A program made the translations under genes and the position numbers. A DNA stretch of 37,003 bases from the NCBI GenBank assembly GCA_016930515.1, contig JAFGGO010000015.1, forward strand, positions 1 to 37,003. The letters run 5' to 3'. Position 1 is the stretch's first letter. The number at the start of each line of letters is the position of its first letter. Below are positions 7,826 to 17,457 of the stretch, in pieces. The stretch is from Promethearchaeota archaeon. GTDB taxonomy: Archaea > Asgardarchaeota > Lokiarchaeia > Sigyniarchaeales > SOKP01. Below the pieces are notes generated by a model. The model had not been told where the DNA came from and did not search any database. It saw only the letters and a list, made by a program, of their open reading frames with translations.

Positions 7826-10800
7826 ATGATTGACTCTATTAAAAATTCAAGAGATAAAATAAGAGCTAGCGTGAGCGTAAAATCGCACAACTTCGTGTTT
7901 TTCGTAGCGCTACTTTTGATATTTATAATGGCCCTTATTGTAAGGATCACGCCCATTATAAGGGGAGATGAACTCATTAAAGCATTTGATCCGTGGATTC
8001 AATGGTATAACGCAGAATACATCGACACGCATTCACTGTATGAATATTTCCACTGGCACGACGATAAGAGTTGGTATCCTTATGGTGTTGACAGGAGTTA
8101 TCTTCGACCGGGACTTCCTTTTACTGCGGTTTTCATTCACAAGTTTTTAACTTTCATTGGGCTCCCAATTTCCATGTACGATGTCTGCTATTACTTTCCG
8201 GCGGTTATAGGTGCTGTATCTGTAGTCGTGATGTATTTCTTGGGAAAGGAGATATTGGATAAAAAATGCGGTCTTTTAGCGGCCTTTTTCATGGCGTTCA
8301 GCGTTGGATACATGTCAAGGACCATGGCTGGATTTTTCGATAACGAGACTATCGGCGTTTTCGGCTCGCTAATGGCAATATTGTTCTTTATAAAGGCGTA
8401 TCGCACGGGAAAAATAACTCATTCTATTATTGGAGGCTTGTCATTAGGGTATGTAGCGCTAAGCTGGGGTGGTTATGAGTTTTTAATGTACATTTTTCCT
8501 ATTATCGTTCTTATTTCGGTAATTACGAAAAAATACAACGAAAACATGCTAATTGCTTATGTAGGTGTCCAAGGAATAGGTGCGCTAATTTTCTCGCTTT
8601 GGATTGAATTTAATCCTGGAGATTTATTATCTTCCTTCGAAATTGGTGCCATTTTTGCATCTTGCCTTCTTTTAATTATATTTCACTTGATATATACCAA
8701 ACGAGGTGAATATCCTCGAATATACAGGAATTTGATAAACCTTTTAAAATGGGGGATCCTTCCAATCGCATTAATTGGTGCAGTTATCATTTGGTTTTTT
8801 CCAGATGTTTTCTCTATTGGATTGAGTTCAAGGTTGCAAAGCATTCTTAATCCATTACTCAGAAATAATCTGGCCCTAGTAGCTTCAGTCGCAGAACACA
8901 TTCCAAGTCCTTGGAGTTCATTTTACCACAACACGCTAATCCCTCTATTACTAGTACCCCTCGGGATCTATTTCTGCTTTAAACGAGGAAATGTCAAGGA
9001 TATTGCGCTTATAGTTACTACATTGTTATTATTCTATTTTACAGGAAGCATGGTACGAGTCATTTTACTTTTTGCTCCCATTGCTTCTTTAGCAGGAGCT
9101 TATGGCCTTTCCAGCGTTTTAAACATCCACGGAAGTCTGGTTGGAGAGAAACGAGCTTCTGGAAGGAGTAGAAAAAGACAAAGACAGGCTAAAAACAAAA
9201 TAACAACAGCAGAAGTGTTTGCGGTATATGCCGTTATTGGATTCATTTGTTTTGCCCAAGTAACGCACGCAGTAGATACTTCCGTCGATCAGTTGTCGTA
9301 TGGCTCGATGGTGTTAGGTACGAGCATCCACGATTGGGAAGAGTCATTATCTTGGATGAGAGATAATTTAAATGGCAATGATGTGGTCGTGAGTTGGTGG
9401 GATTATGGATATTGGCTCACCCCTATCGGAAATGTGACTACAGTATGCGATAACGCCAATCTAAAACAAAAACAGGTTGGCATGGTGGGCATGGGAATGA
9501 TGCAAACAGACGAGATCTACGCAGCCAAGGTGTTCCAACGACTTCAAGCTGATTATGTCCTCGTGTATTTTACGTATTTATACGAAGGTTTAGGTGGTGA
9601 CGAAGGAAAGTGGCAGTGGATGCTACGAATATGCAACGATAATTACGAATATTACAAATCGCTCGGAATGGAAGAAGACAATTGGGGTGACGGCGAAGTA
9701 TTCGACGAGAGCGAATACACTACGGAAACAGGTGTGAAAGGAGACAAGTGGTTTGATTGCACGCTTACCAGACTCATGTTTTATGGTGTTCCTACCATCG
9801 ATCCTAGCTCTGAGTACTTTGAATATCAACACCAGCTCGTTCAAATATATAACCAACGCATATATAACTGGGAAGATCAAGACGGAGACACGTGGTTAAC
9901 TCATATTCCCACAAATGGTGCGTACGAATCTAATGTGTTCGTACCCGTTTATTTCGGAGAACAAACGGGGCTTGGCCCTTCTTCATCCAATGGTCTTGTA
10001 AAATTATTTAAAGTCGATTATACAGTTCTTGAGTCGAGTTTCGAAATTCAAGACGCAAAAGTATACAATAGCGGTTATGGAACTTTTAATCTTCAAAATA
10101 CCGGAACAAAGGATCTCACGATAACGGGTGTGTCCGTTAATGGTGTTGACTACAACTTTACTATGGGAAAAGGAAGTCATGCCGAGAATGCCTTGCCGGC
10201 AGGTGCGGACGATACGGTTAAGATTGATTTAGTGAACGACTCGTATCCATTAGACAGTCTCGTAAGTATTGATGTCTCGGCAGAGGCAGAAGGCTTAGCT
10301 CGTCCCTACGAGTTTACAGAACACACTGGAAATTTCTGGGTCACGGAAGCGGAAGAAGGAGATATTAAAATGAACGAACAGAATTGCCGCGTGGTTCAAA
10401 TTACCAACGACTTGGTTGATATATTCTTGGATGTGGAAAATGTTGGATCTAGCACGGTGGCGATTGATAAGATTTACATTGATGAGGAATCCAACAATCT
10501 TATTGAAATGGGCGCCGATATTAGTTATACGAGTGGGTCTTCCATTTTATCTCCTGGACAGAAAGCAATCATACACATATCTGACATAGACTCTTCTGTT
10601 GCGGACTTCGATCCAATTAACGAAAAACAACATGTTATCGGTATTTCAACTTACAACGGCGTACGAGACGAATTATTGCTATCATCGAGTTACGAGGGCC
10701 ATAATTTGACGATATACGATACCGAAAGGATTATTTCGCCCGAAATTTTCCTTGCAACGGATAGCTCTTGCAGGTATCATCTCCCCGTAGATCTGGATGC

Positions 10801-11767
10801 CACTCATGCTATCTCTTACGATAATGGCACAACTCAAGCGTTCTTTAAGGTTAAAAATTACGGCACCGAACCCGTGACGATAGGTCCGGTTTACATAACT
10901 ACATCTGATACTTGGATGCAGGTTAATATTGGCGATTATTCTCGAATATCGGGAGGTACTAGTACGGAGTTGGATATCGGCGAAGAAGGAGTGTTCCTCA
11001 TTAATATAACGGAATCAGAGTACTTCGACATTGATGTGAACGACGAGCTCGGCATGAAAGTCATCGGGACTGGCTCTGGTGGAAGCAGGTTATCGTCTGC
11101 GATTGCTTATGTCCATACGATCTCTGAAGGTGAAAGTTTTAAAATCATAGAGAGCGTGGATAGTAGCATTGCTAGCATAAACAATGTAGCAGCATCGTAT
11201 GTCTTGGCCAACGGTACTGGACGAGTTTTGGTTAAAAATACAGGATCGACAAGTATAGACATTGATGTGGCGAATATCCTAGTTAATGATTCTTCTGTGG
11301 ATTACCAATTCGTGTATGGTGATGCCCACTTAGAGCTACAGGAATGTGCCCTGATTCAACTTGATGTTGCCGATTACTTGGACTCGACTCAAACGCCTTA
11401 TATCGAAGTAAATATCAGTACGACATCGTCACTTTACGATGTAGTTAACTTGCCAGTAAATTACAACATTGAAATCGATGAAACGGCTTCTAATGCCACA
11501 GAAGGCGGAAACTTGAACATTGTCGTGAATAACTACGGGTTATTAAACGCCACCATCAACGCACTTTATGTTAACAATGTTTCCATAGACCTTTCAGAAT
11601 TCTCAGTAGATTTTGAAATCGAGGCGCTTACAGGAAGCCTTTCGCTCACTTTAAGCTGGTCTGATTTGGAAAATTATATCGGAACGGTAAATGTTAACGA
11701 TGAATTAGAAATTCTTATCAGTACCCAAGAAGGAGCGGAAGACGACTATATCATTGTGGTTGATTAG
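7826..11767 (+). CDS. aglB: Oligosaccharyltransferase STT3/AglB with ~580 aa extracellular C-terminal extension
   Basis: Multi-TM N-terminus with FDPW, AGFFDNE, SVAEH; WWDYG motif; DK-type motif DEGKWQWMLRI. Core ends at VKLFKVDY (~aa732) and is followed by acidic beta-rich repeats. Confidence 0.95.
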   Translation: MIDSIKNSRDKIRASVSVKSHNFVFFVALLLIFIMALIVRITPIIRGDELIKAFDPWIQWYNAEYIDTHSLYEYFHWHDDKSWYPYGVDRSYLRPGLPFTAVFIHKFLTFIGLPISMYDVCYYFPAVIGAVSVVVMYFLGKEILDKKCGLLAAFFMAFSVGYMSRTMAGFFDNETIGVFGSLMAILFFIKAYRTGKITHSIIGGLSLGYVALSWGGYEFLMYIFPIIVLISVITKKYNENMLIAYVGVQGIGALIFSLWIEFNPGDLLSSFEIGAIFASCLLLIIFHLIYTKRGEYPRIYRNLINLLKWGILPIALIGAVIIWFFPDVFSIGLSSRLQSILNPLLRNNLALVASVAEHIPSPWSSFYHNTLIPLLLVPLGIYFCFKRGNVKDIALIVTTLLLFYFTGSMVRVILLFAPIASLAGAYGLSSVLNIHGSLVGEKRASGRSRKRQRQAKNKITTAEVFAVYAVIGFICFAQVTHAVDTSVDQLSYGSMVLGTSIHDWEESLSWMRDNLNGNDVVVSWWDYGYWLTPIGNVTTVCDNANLKQKQVGMVGMGMMQTDEIYAAKVFQRLQADYVLVYFTYLYEGLGGDEGKWQWMLRICNDNYEYYKSLGMEEDNWGDGEVFDESEYTTETGVKGDKWFDCTLTRLMFYGVPTIDPSSEYFEYQHQLVQIYNQRIYNWEDQDGDTWLTHIPTNGAYESNVFVPVYFGEQTGLGPSSSNGLVKLFKVDYTVLESSFEIQDAKVYNSGYGTFNLQNTGTKDLTITGVSVNGVDYNFTMGKGSHAENALPAGADDTVKIDLVNDSYPLDSLVSIDVSAEAEGLARPYEFTEHTGNFWVTEAEEGDIKMNEQNCRVVQITNDLVDIFLDVENVGSSTVAIDKIYIDEESNNLIEMGADISYTSGSSILSPGQKAIIHISDIDSSVADFDPINEKQHVIGISTYNGVRDELLLSSSYEGHNLTIYDTERIISPEIFLATDSSCRYHLPVDLDATHAISYDNGTTQAFFKVKNYGTEPVTIGPVYITTSDTWMQVNIGDYSRISGGTSTELDIGEEGVFLINITESEYFDIDVNDELGMKVIGTGSGGSRLSSAIAYVHTISEGESFKIIESVDSSIASINNVAASYVLANGTGRVLVKNTGSTSIDIDVANILVNDSSVDYQFVYGDAHLELQECALIQLDVADYLDSTQTPYIEVNISTTSSLYDVVNLPVNYNIEIDETASNATEGGNLNIVVNNYGLLNATINALYVNNVSIDLSEFSVDFEIEALTGSLSLTLSWSDLENYIGTVNVNDELEILISTQEGAEDDYIIVVD
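10022..11764 (+). repeat. Five protein-level beta-sandwich (Ig/FlaG/CARDB-like) repeats in AglB tail
   Basis: LQNTGTKDLTITGVSVN (aa756), VENVGSSTVAIDKIYID (870), VKNYGTEPVTIGPVYIT (1009), VKNTGSTSIDIDVANILVN (1136), VNNYGLLNATINALYVN (1234); spacing 98-139 aa. Confidence 0.75.
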
Positions 11768-11938
11768 AAGTAATTTTCCCTTTAAATATCTTTTTTTTAA
11801 ATTATCGTTATTTGTTTTTTCTTTTGGATCTTTACAGATAAAATCAAAAAAGAAAGTGAATTAAAAATCAATGCAGTATCATGTATTTAAAATAATGCTA
11901 ATGTTTATCTTATTGAAACACCCTAATGTTGAATACTC

Positions 11939-13921
11939 ATGAGCCCCAACTTTAAGATAGAGTCTAGCTACGAGCCAGCGGGAGACCAACCCCAAGCAAT
12001 AAAAATCCTTGCAAAAAATATTATAAACGAAAAACGCTTCCAAACTCTTTTAGGCGCGACTGGTACGGGCAAAAGCTTTACCGTAGCTCAAGTTATCCAA
12101 GAGGTTCAAAAACCTACATTAATTATGGCGCCGAACAAGACACTCGCTGCCCAGCTCTACAATGAACTTAAAGAACTGTTTCCAGAAAACGCAGTTCATT
12201 ATTTCGTTTCTTATTACGATTATTATCAACCCGAGGCATATATGCCCGTATCGGGATTATACATTGAAAAGGATTTTAGTGTGAACGAGGAAATTGAGCG
12301 ATTAAGACTGGCAGCTGCACATGCTCTTAGAACGCGCCAAGATGTCATTGTCGTGGCCACGGTATCGTGCATTTACGGTCTTGGAGATCCTGAATATTGG
12401 GAGAAGATAGCCTTGTATGTAGAGGAAGGAGATAAAATGGATCGAACTATCATAGTAAAAAAATTAATTAAGATGAGCTATGAAAGAAACGATATCGAAT
12501 TTAAACGGGGAAATTTCAGGGTCAAGGGGGATATTGTTGACATTTTTTTGGCCTATTCCGATTACGGGATTAGAATATCCTTATTTGGCAACGAAATCGA
12601 AAGTGTTCAAGAAATACACCCCGTAACTGGTAAAGTTATCCGAAACCTTCGAAATTATCGAATTTTTCCCGCAAATCCTTTCATTATACCAGAAAAAAAC
12701 AAAACGAGGGCTCTTGAACTAATCGAGAAAGAATTAGAAGATCAAATTGCGTTTTTTACAAGGGAAAAAAAGTACGCAGAAGCTCAAAGAATAGAAAGAA
12801 GGGTTAAATTCGACCTTGAAATGATGAGGGAGATGGGGTGGTGCAAGGGTATTGAAAATTATTCCAGACCATTAAGTCTTCGCGCTCCAGGTACGCCCCC
12901 AATGACGCTTATCGATTTTTTTCAAGGTGATTTTCTAATCGTTGTAGATGAAAGCCATGTGACTATTCCACAAATTCATGGAATGATCGGTGGAGATCAA
13001 TCTCGCAAGAAAAATCTCGTGGATTTCGGCTGGCGTTTGCCAAGTGCATACGATAACAGACCGCTTACTTTTGAGGAATGGGAAGAAAAAATCAAATACA
13101 TCGTATGCATGAGCGCAACACCTGGAGATTGGGAACTAGGAAAAAGCGGTGGCGTATCTGCTGAACAGATCATCCGTCCTACGGGCCTTGTTGATCCGAT
13201 CGTGGAAGTACGTCCCGCAAAGGATCAAATAGACGACTTGCTTGGAGAAATCAAGAAGACCATCGCTAATAAGGGAAGAATATTAGTTACTACTCTTACC
13301 AAACGAATGGCAGAGGACATCGCTGAATATTATTCAGAACTTAACCTCAAGGTTGCATACCTGCATTCTGAGGTTGATACCGTCGAAAGGTTCGAACTGT
13401 TGCGTCAATTACGAGATGGAACCCATGACGTGTTAGTTGGCATCAACCTTCTCAGGGAAGGATTAGATTTACCAGAAGTTCAATTAGTTGCTATTTTAGA
13501 TGCAGATAAGTTGGGCTTCTTGCGCGACACGCGTTCCTTGATTCAAACCATAGGACGGGCATCCAGAAATGTAAATGGAAGGGCAATACTTTATGGAGAC
13601 AAGATGTCTCCCGCAATGCGAGCCGCCATTAAAGAGACAGATCGGAGGAGAAAGAAACAGATCGCCTACAACGAGGCTAACAACATTACACCCAAAACTA
13701 TTCAAAAGAACATACTCGAATCACTTTCTGAAGAAAAAGAAATGCGCAACAAGGAAACCAAGAGACTAAAACGCACAATTGAAGAAAAATTAGAACTCTT
13801 GACAGAGAACGAGTTGAGAATACAATTTCTTGAAGAAAGAATGCATCTTGCCGCTAAAGAATTGCGATTCGAAGAAGCTGCTTTTTTAAGAGATAGGATC
13901 AAGGAATTAAAAGACTCATAA
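11939..13921 (+). CDS. uvrB: Excinuclease ABC subunit B
   Basis: PAGDQP, GATGTGKS, beta-hairpin YYDYYQPEAY, DESH, INLLREGLD, QTIGRASR, C-terminal UVR domain FEEAAFLRD. Confidence 0.99.
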   Translation: MSPNFKIESSYEPAGDQPQAIKILAKNIINEKRFQTLLGATGTGKSFTVAQVIQEVQKPTLIMAPNKTLAAQLYNELKELFPENAVHYFVSYYDYYQPEAYMPVSGLYIEKDFSVNEEIERLRLAAAHALRTRQDVIVVATVSCIYGLGDPEYWEKIALYVEEGDKMDRTIIVKKLIKMSYERNDIEFKRGNFRVKGDIVDIFLAYSDYGIRISLFGNEIESVQEIHPVTGKVIRNLRNYRIFPANPFIIPEKNKTRALELIEKELEDQIAFFTREKKYAEAQRIERRVKFDLEMMREMGWCKGIENYSRPLSLRAPGTPPMTLIDFFQGDFLIVVDESHVTIPQIHGMIGGDQSRKKNLVDFGWRLPSAYDNRPLTFEEWEEKIKYIVCMSATPGDWELGKSGGVSAEQIIRPTGLVDPIVEVRPAKDQIDDLLGEIKKTIANKGRILVTTLTKRMAEDIAEYYSELNLKVAYLHSEVDTVERFELLRQLRDGTHDVLVGINLLREGLDLPEVQLVAILDADKLGFLRDTRSLIQTIGRASRNVNGRAILYGDKMSPAMRAAIKETDRRRKKQIAYNEANNITPKTIQKNILESLSEEKEMRNKETKRLKRTIEEKLELLTENELRIQFLEERMHLAAKELRFEEAAFLRDRIKELKDS

Positions 13922-13933
13922 AGGATTTTCTTA

Positions 13934-14260
13934 TTAAGTTCCGTTAAATTCAATTTTATTTAACAAATGATTGATGCATTCAATATCAATACATTTTCTC
14001 AAACTCGGATCGAACTTAACTTCATTTACAGGAATAGTTCCGAGATTTTGAATTGATTTTTGATTTAATCCAGCCCAAGACCCTTTTAAATCGCTTTCTG
14101 ATAAGTCGGGCATTAAATATAGCTTATAATCGTTCGGATAATCGTCAATGGTGTCATCAAAATCACAATCTAAGAAAAAAGAGCGATCATTAATCGTAAA
14201 AAAAATTGCCCGAGGAACATCCCAAAAATCTTTATAAATAAATGGATACCAAGTCGTCAT
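13934..14260 (-). CDS. Hypothetical protein (acidic, 108 aa)
   Basis: ATG preceded by SD-like GAGGGG. Fills the uvrB-uvrA gap on the opposite strand. Motifs YKDFWDVPR, FLDCDFDDTIDDY, VKFDPSLR. Confidence 0.8.
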   Translation of the reverse strand: MTTWYPFIYKDFWDVPRAIFFTINDRSFFLDCDFDDTIDDYPNDYKLYLMPDLSESDLKGSWAGLNQKSIQNLGTIPVNEVKFDPSLRKCIDIECINHLLNKIEFNGT

Positions 14261-14465
14261 GTAATCCCCTCTTATATGTTTTATGAAAACTATTAATGAG
14301 TTTGAAAAGTAATTATTTTAATAATATTTTTTGATTAAATAAGAATTTAGTAAACTAGCGCGGCTATTCTGTTATAATATTTAAAGCTCTTTAGAATCGT
14401 AATATAACACTTATAAATAAAAACAATGAAATTTTTGTTTTTGCAATCATTTTTACAAGCATAGA

Positions 14466-17333
14466 ATGAGTCAGAATATTGTCATAAAAGGTGCCCGTCA
14501 AAATAATCTCAAGAATATAGATGTGGTCATACCGAGGAACAAGCTAGTAATTGTAACTGGAGTGAGCGGGAGCGGAAAGTCTAGTTTGGCAATGGACACG
14601 CTATATGCTGAAGGCCAAAGAAGGTTCTTGGAATCACTTTCCAGTTATGCCAGGCAATTTCTAGGAGAAATGGACAAGCCTGATGTCGATTCAATCGAAG
14701 GATTGTCACCTGCGATTGCGATAGAACAAAAACCTTTATCAAAAAATCCTCGAAGCACGGTTGGTACCGTGACTGAGATCTATGACTATTATAGGCTTCT
14801 TTACGCAAATATCGGAATCCCTCATTGCACGAATTGCGGCAACGAAATAAATCCCCAGGCACCACAACAGATCATCGATCAGATTATGGATTCTATCCAA
14901 GAAGGGCAAAAATTTATTGTTAAATCGCCCGTGGTTCGAGATCGGAAAGGAGAATTTAAGGATCTCCTTCAAGATCTTCGAAAACAAGGTTATGTAAGAG
15001 TTGAAATCGACGATATTCAATATACGCTCGACGAAGAAATCAATCTCAAAAAAAATTTTAAGCATCACATAAATGTAATTATTGATCGGCTCGTAATGGA
15101 TAAAGATATAAGATCAAGGCTCGCGGATTCCATTGAAACGGCCTTAAACTTGTCAGACGGCATTGTTATGGTCGAATTGCCTGAGAAAGAAGAGAATCGG
15201 ACTTACTCAGAGCATTACGCTTGTTTAGATTGTCAAATTTCCTTTCCCACGCCCGATCATAAGCTTTTTTCGTTTAATATCCCACATGGAAGCTGTAAAT
15301 ATTGCAGTGGATTGGGAACGGTAATGGAATTCGATCTTCACTTGGTTTTAGGAGATGATTTAGACGTACCGTTAATACAAAGTGGTATTAGAAACATTCC
15401 TGGCTATGGGTCAGATTCGGGATATGGATGGCAACAAATAAAACAAGTCGCACGAAATTACGACTTGGATATCAAACACACGCCTATAAAAGAATTGGAT
15501 TCTACAAGACTTTCAAAAATTCTGTACGGGACTGGAGAAGATATGATCGAATTTACCTTCAAGAGCGATAATACCGAATATAGGTCGGGAAAGAACGGCA
15601 GCATCTCGTCTTGGCAGATGACAAAATCTTTCGAAGGAATCATCCCAATGCTTCACAGAAGATATATGGAGACAAGCTCCCAAGCAAATCGGGATGTTTA
15701 TGAAAGTTTCATGAATATGGTCCCTTGTCCCGAGTGCGCAGGTCAGAGATTGAGACCCGAAAGCAGGGCAATAAGGATCAACTCGTTAAACATAGCAGAT
15801 TTATCTAATCTTTCTGTAAAAGATTCGGTCAAATTTTTTGAAAAACTGAAACTAACGGAGACTCAACAAAAAATAGTTAAGGAAGTCCTAAAGGAGATCA
15901 AGGAAAGGTTGTCTTTCATGGATAATGTTGGACTTGACTACATGCAACTTAGTCGGCGTTCAGATACTTTATCCGTAGGTGAAGCCGAAAGAATAAGACT
16001 TGCGACTCAGTTAGGATCGAGTTTGGTTGGAGTGTTATACGTCCTCGACGAGCCGTCTGTTGGTTTACACGCTCGTGATATCACTCGCTTGATCAAAATG
16101 TTGAAGAAACTACGAGATTTAGGAAACACCGTTGTAGTGGTTGAACACGATGACGAGATAATCCGTAACGCAGATCATGTGATAGATCTTGGACCTCTTG
16201 CAGGAGAAAATGGGGGAATGATTGTGGCTGAAGGTTCATTAAATCAAATACTTCAAGCCTCGTCCCTAACGGCAAAATATTTATCAGGAAGAGAAAAGAT
16301 CGAGATACCTAAAAAAAGAAGAGTGCTAAATGGAGAATACATCGAAATTTTCGGTGCTCGGGAAAACAATCTAAAAAATTTGGAAGTGAAAATCCCCTTG
16401 GGGATATTTACTTGTGTTACTGGTGTATCTGGAGCGGGAAAAACAAGTCTTATCATTGATTGCTTATATAAAGGTCTACATAACTTAGTAAATACGAGAA
16501 GTACGAGGATTGTTCCAGGAGAATTTGATAAAATTACGGGACACGAACACATCGACAAGATAATCGACATCGACCAATCACCAATTGGTCGAACGCCGCG
16601 ATCGGTTCCTGCAACCTATACGAAAGCCTTGGATTACATCCGGGAAATCTTCTCCACCCTACCAGAATCAAAGGCTCGTGGGTATAAAAAAGGGCGCTTT
16701 AGTTTTAACACCACTTCAGGTCAATGCAAGAAGTGCAATGGTACGGGTTACATCTTGAAAGAAATGTATTTCCTCCCGGATGTTTATATTAAATGCGATC
16801 TGTGTCAGGGTTTAAGATACAACGCAGAAACCCTCGAAATTAAATTCAAGGGTAATACGATCTCTGATGTTTTGAGGATGACATTTGATCACGCTTACGA
16901 GCTTTTCGAAAACTTTCCGAATCTTAAAAGAACGCTCAAGACTGTCAAGGATGTAGGATTAGGATATCTTGAATTAGGGCAATCTTCTACGACGTTAAGC
17001 GGAGGCGAGTCGCAGAGGCTAAAGATTGCTAGAGAACTAAGGAAAACGAGCACGGGTAATACATTATACATCTTGGACGAACCAACGACCGGTTTAAGCG
17101 CCTATGATATTAAAATTCTCTTAAAAGTACTTCAAAAATTGGTTGACAAGGGAAATACGATGATAATCATAGAACACAATATGGATGTCATTAAATCTGC
17201 CGATTATGTCATTGATGTTGGCCCTGAAGGTGGAGAAAAGGGTGGAAGGGTCATTATAAGCGGTTCTCCTGAAGATATTATCAAATCAAGAACGTCGCAT
17301 ACGGCAAAATTCCTCAAAAAATACCTTTCTTAA
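14466..17333 (+). CDS. uvrA: Excinuclease ABC subunit A
   Basis: Two ABC ATPase modules (GVSGSGKS, GVSGAGKT, LDEP twice), Zn-binding CxxC clusters, NPRSTVGTVTEI, GRTPRS; 955 aa. Confidence 0.99.
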   Translation: MSQNIVIKGARQNNLKNIDVVIPRNKLVIVTGVSGSGKSSLAMDTLYAEGQRRFLESLSSYARQFLGEMDKPDVDSIEGLSPAIAIEQKPLSKNPRSTVGTVTEIYDYYRLLYANIGIPHCTNCGNEINPQAPQQIIDQIMDSIQEGQKFIVKSPVVRDRKGEFKDLLQDLRKQGYVRVEIDDIQYTLDEEINLKKNFKHHINVIIDRLVMDKDIRSRLADSIETALNLSDGIVMVELPEKEENRTYSEHYACLDCQISFPTPDHKLFSFNIPHGSCKYCSGLGTVMEFDLHLVLGDDLDVPLIQSGIRNIPGYGSDSGYGWQQIKQVARNYDLDIKHTPIKELDSTRLSKILYGTGEDMIEFTFKSDNTEYRSGKNGSISSWQMTKSFEGIIPMLHRRYMETSSQANRDVYESFMNMVPCPECAGQRLRPESRAIRINSLNIADLSNLSVKDSVKFFEKLKLTETQQKIVKEVLKEIKERLSFMDNVGLDYMQLSRRSDTLSVGEAERIRLATQLGSSLVGVLYVLDEPSVGLHARDITRLIKMLKKLRDLGNTVVVVEHDDEIIRNADHVIDLGPLAGENGGMIVAEGSLNQILQASSLTAKYLSGREKIEIPKKRRVLNGEYIEIFGARENNLKNLEVKIPLGIFTCVTGVSGAGKTSLIIDCLYKGLHNLVNTRSTRIVPGEFDKITGHEHIDKIIDIDQSPIGRTPRSVPATYTKALDYIREIFSTLPESKARGYKKGRFSFNTTSGQCKKCNGTGYILKEMYFLPDVYIKCDLCQGLRYNAETLEIKFKGNTISDVLRMTFDHAYELFENFPNLKRTLKTVKDVGLGYLELGQSSTTLSGGESQRLKIARELRKTSTGNTLYILDEPTTGLSAYDIKILLKVLQKLVDKGNTMIIIEHNMDVIKSADYVIDVGPEGGEKGGRVIISGSPEDIIKSRTSHTAKFLKKYLS

Positions 17334-17457
17334 TAACCCATGAGTCATGCTATTTCCCTTTTGGTATAATTAATAAAAGCATTAATTTTAACAAAAAGTA
17401 AAACATATAATTGATTTTTTTTATAATTATTTTAAAAAATCAACTTCTTTAATTCTT

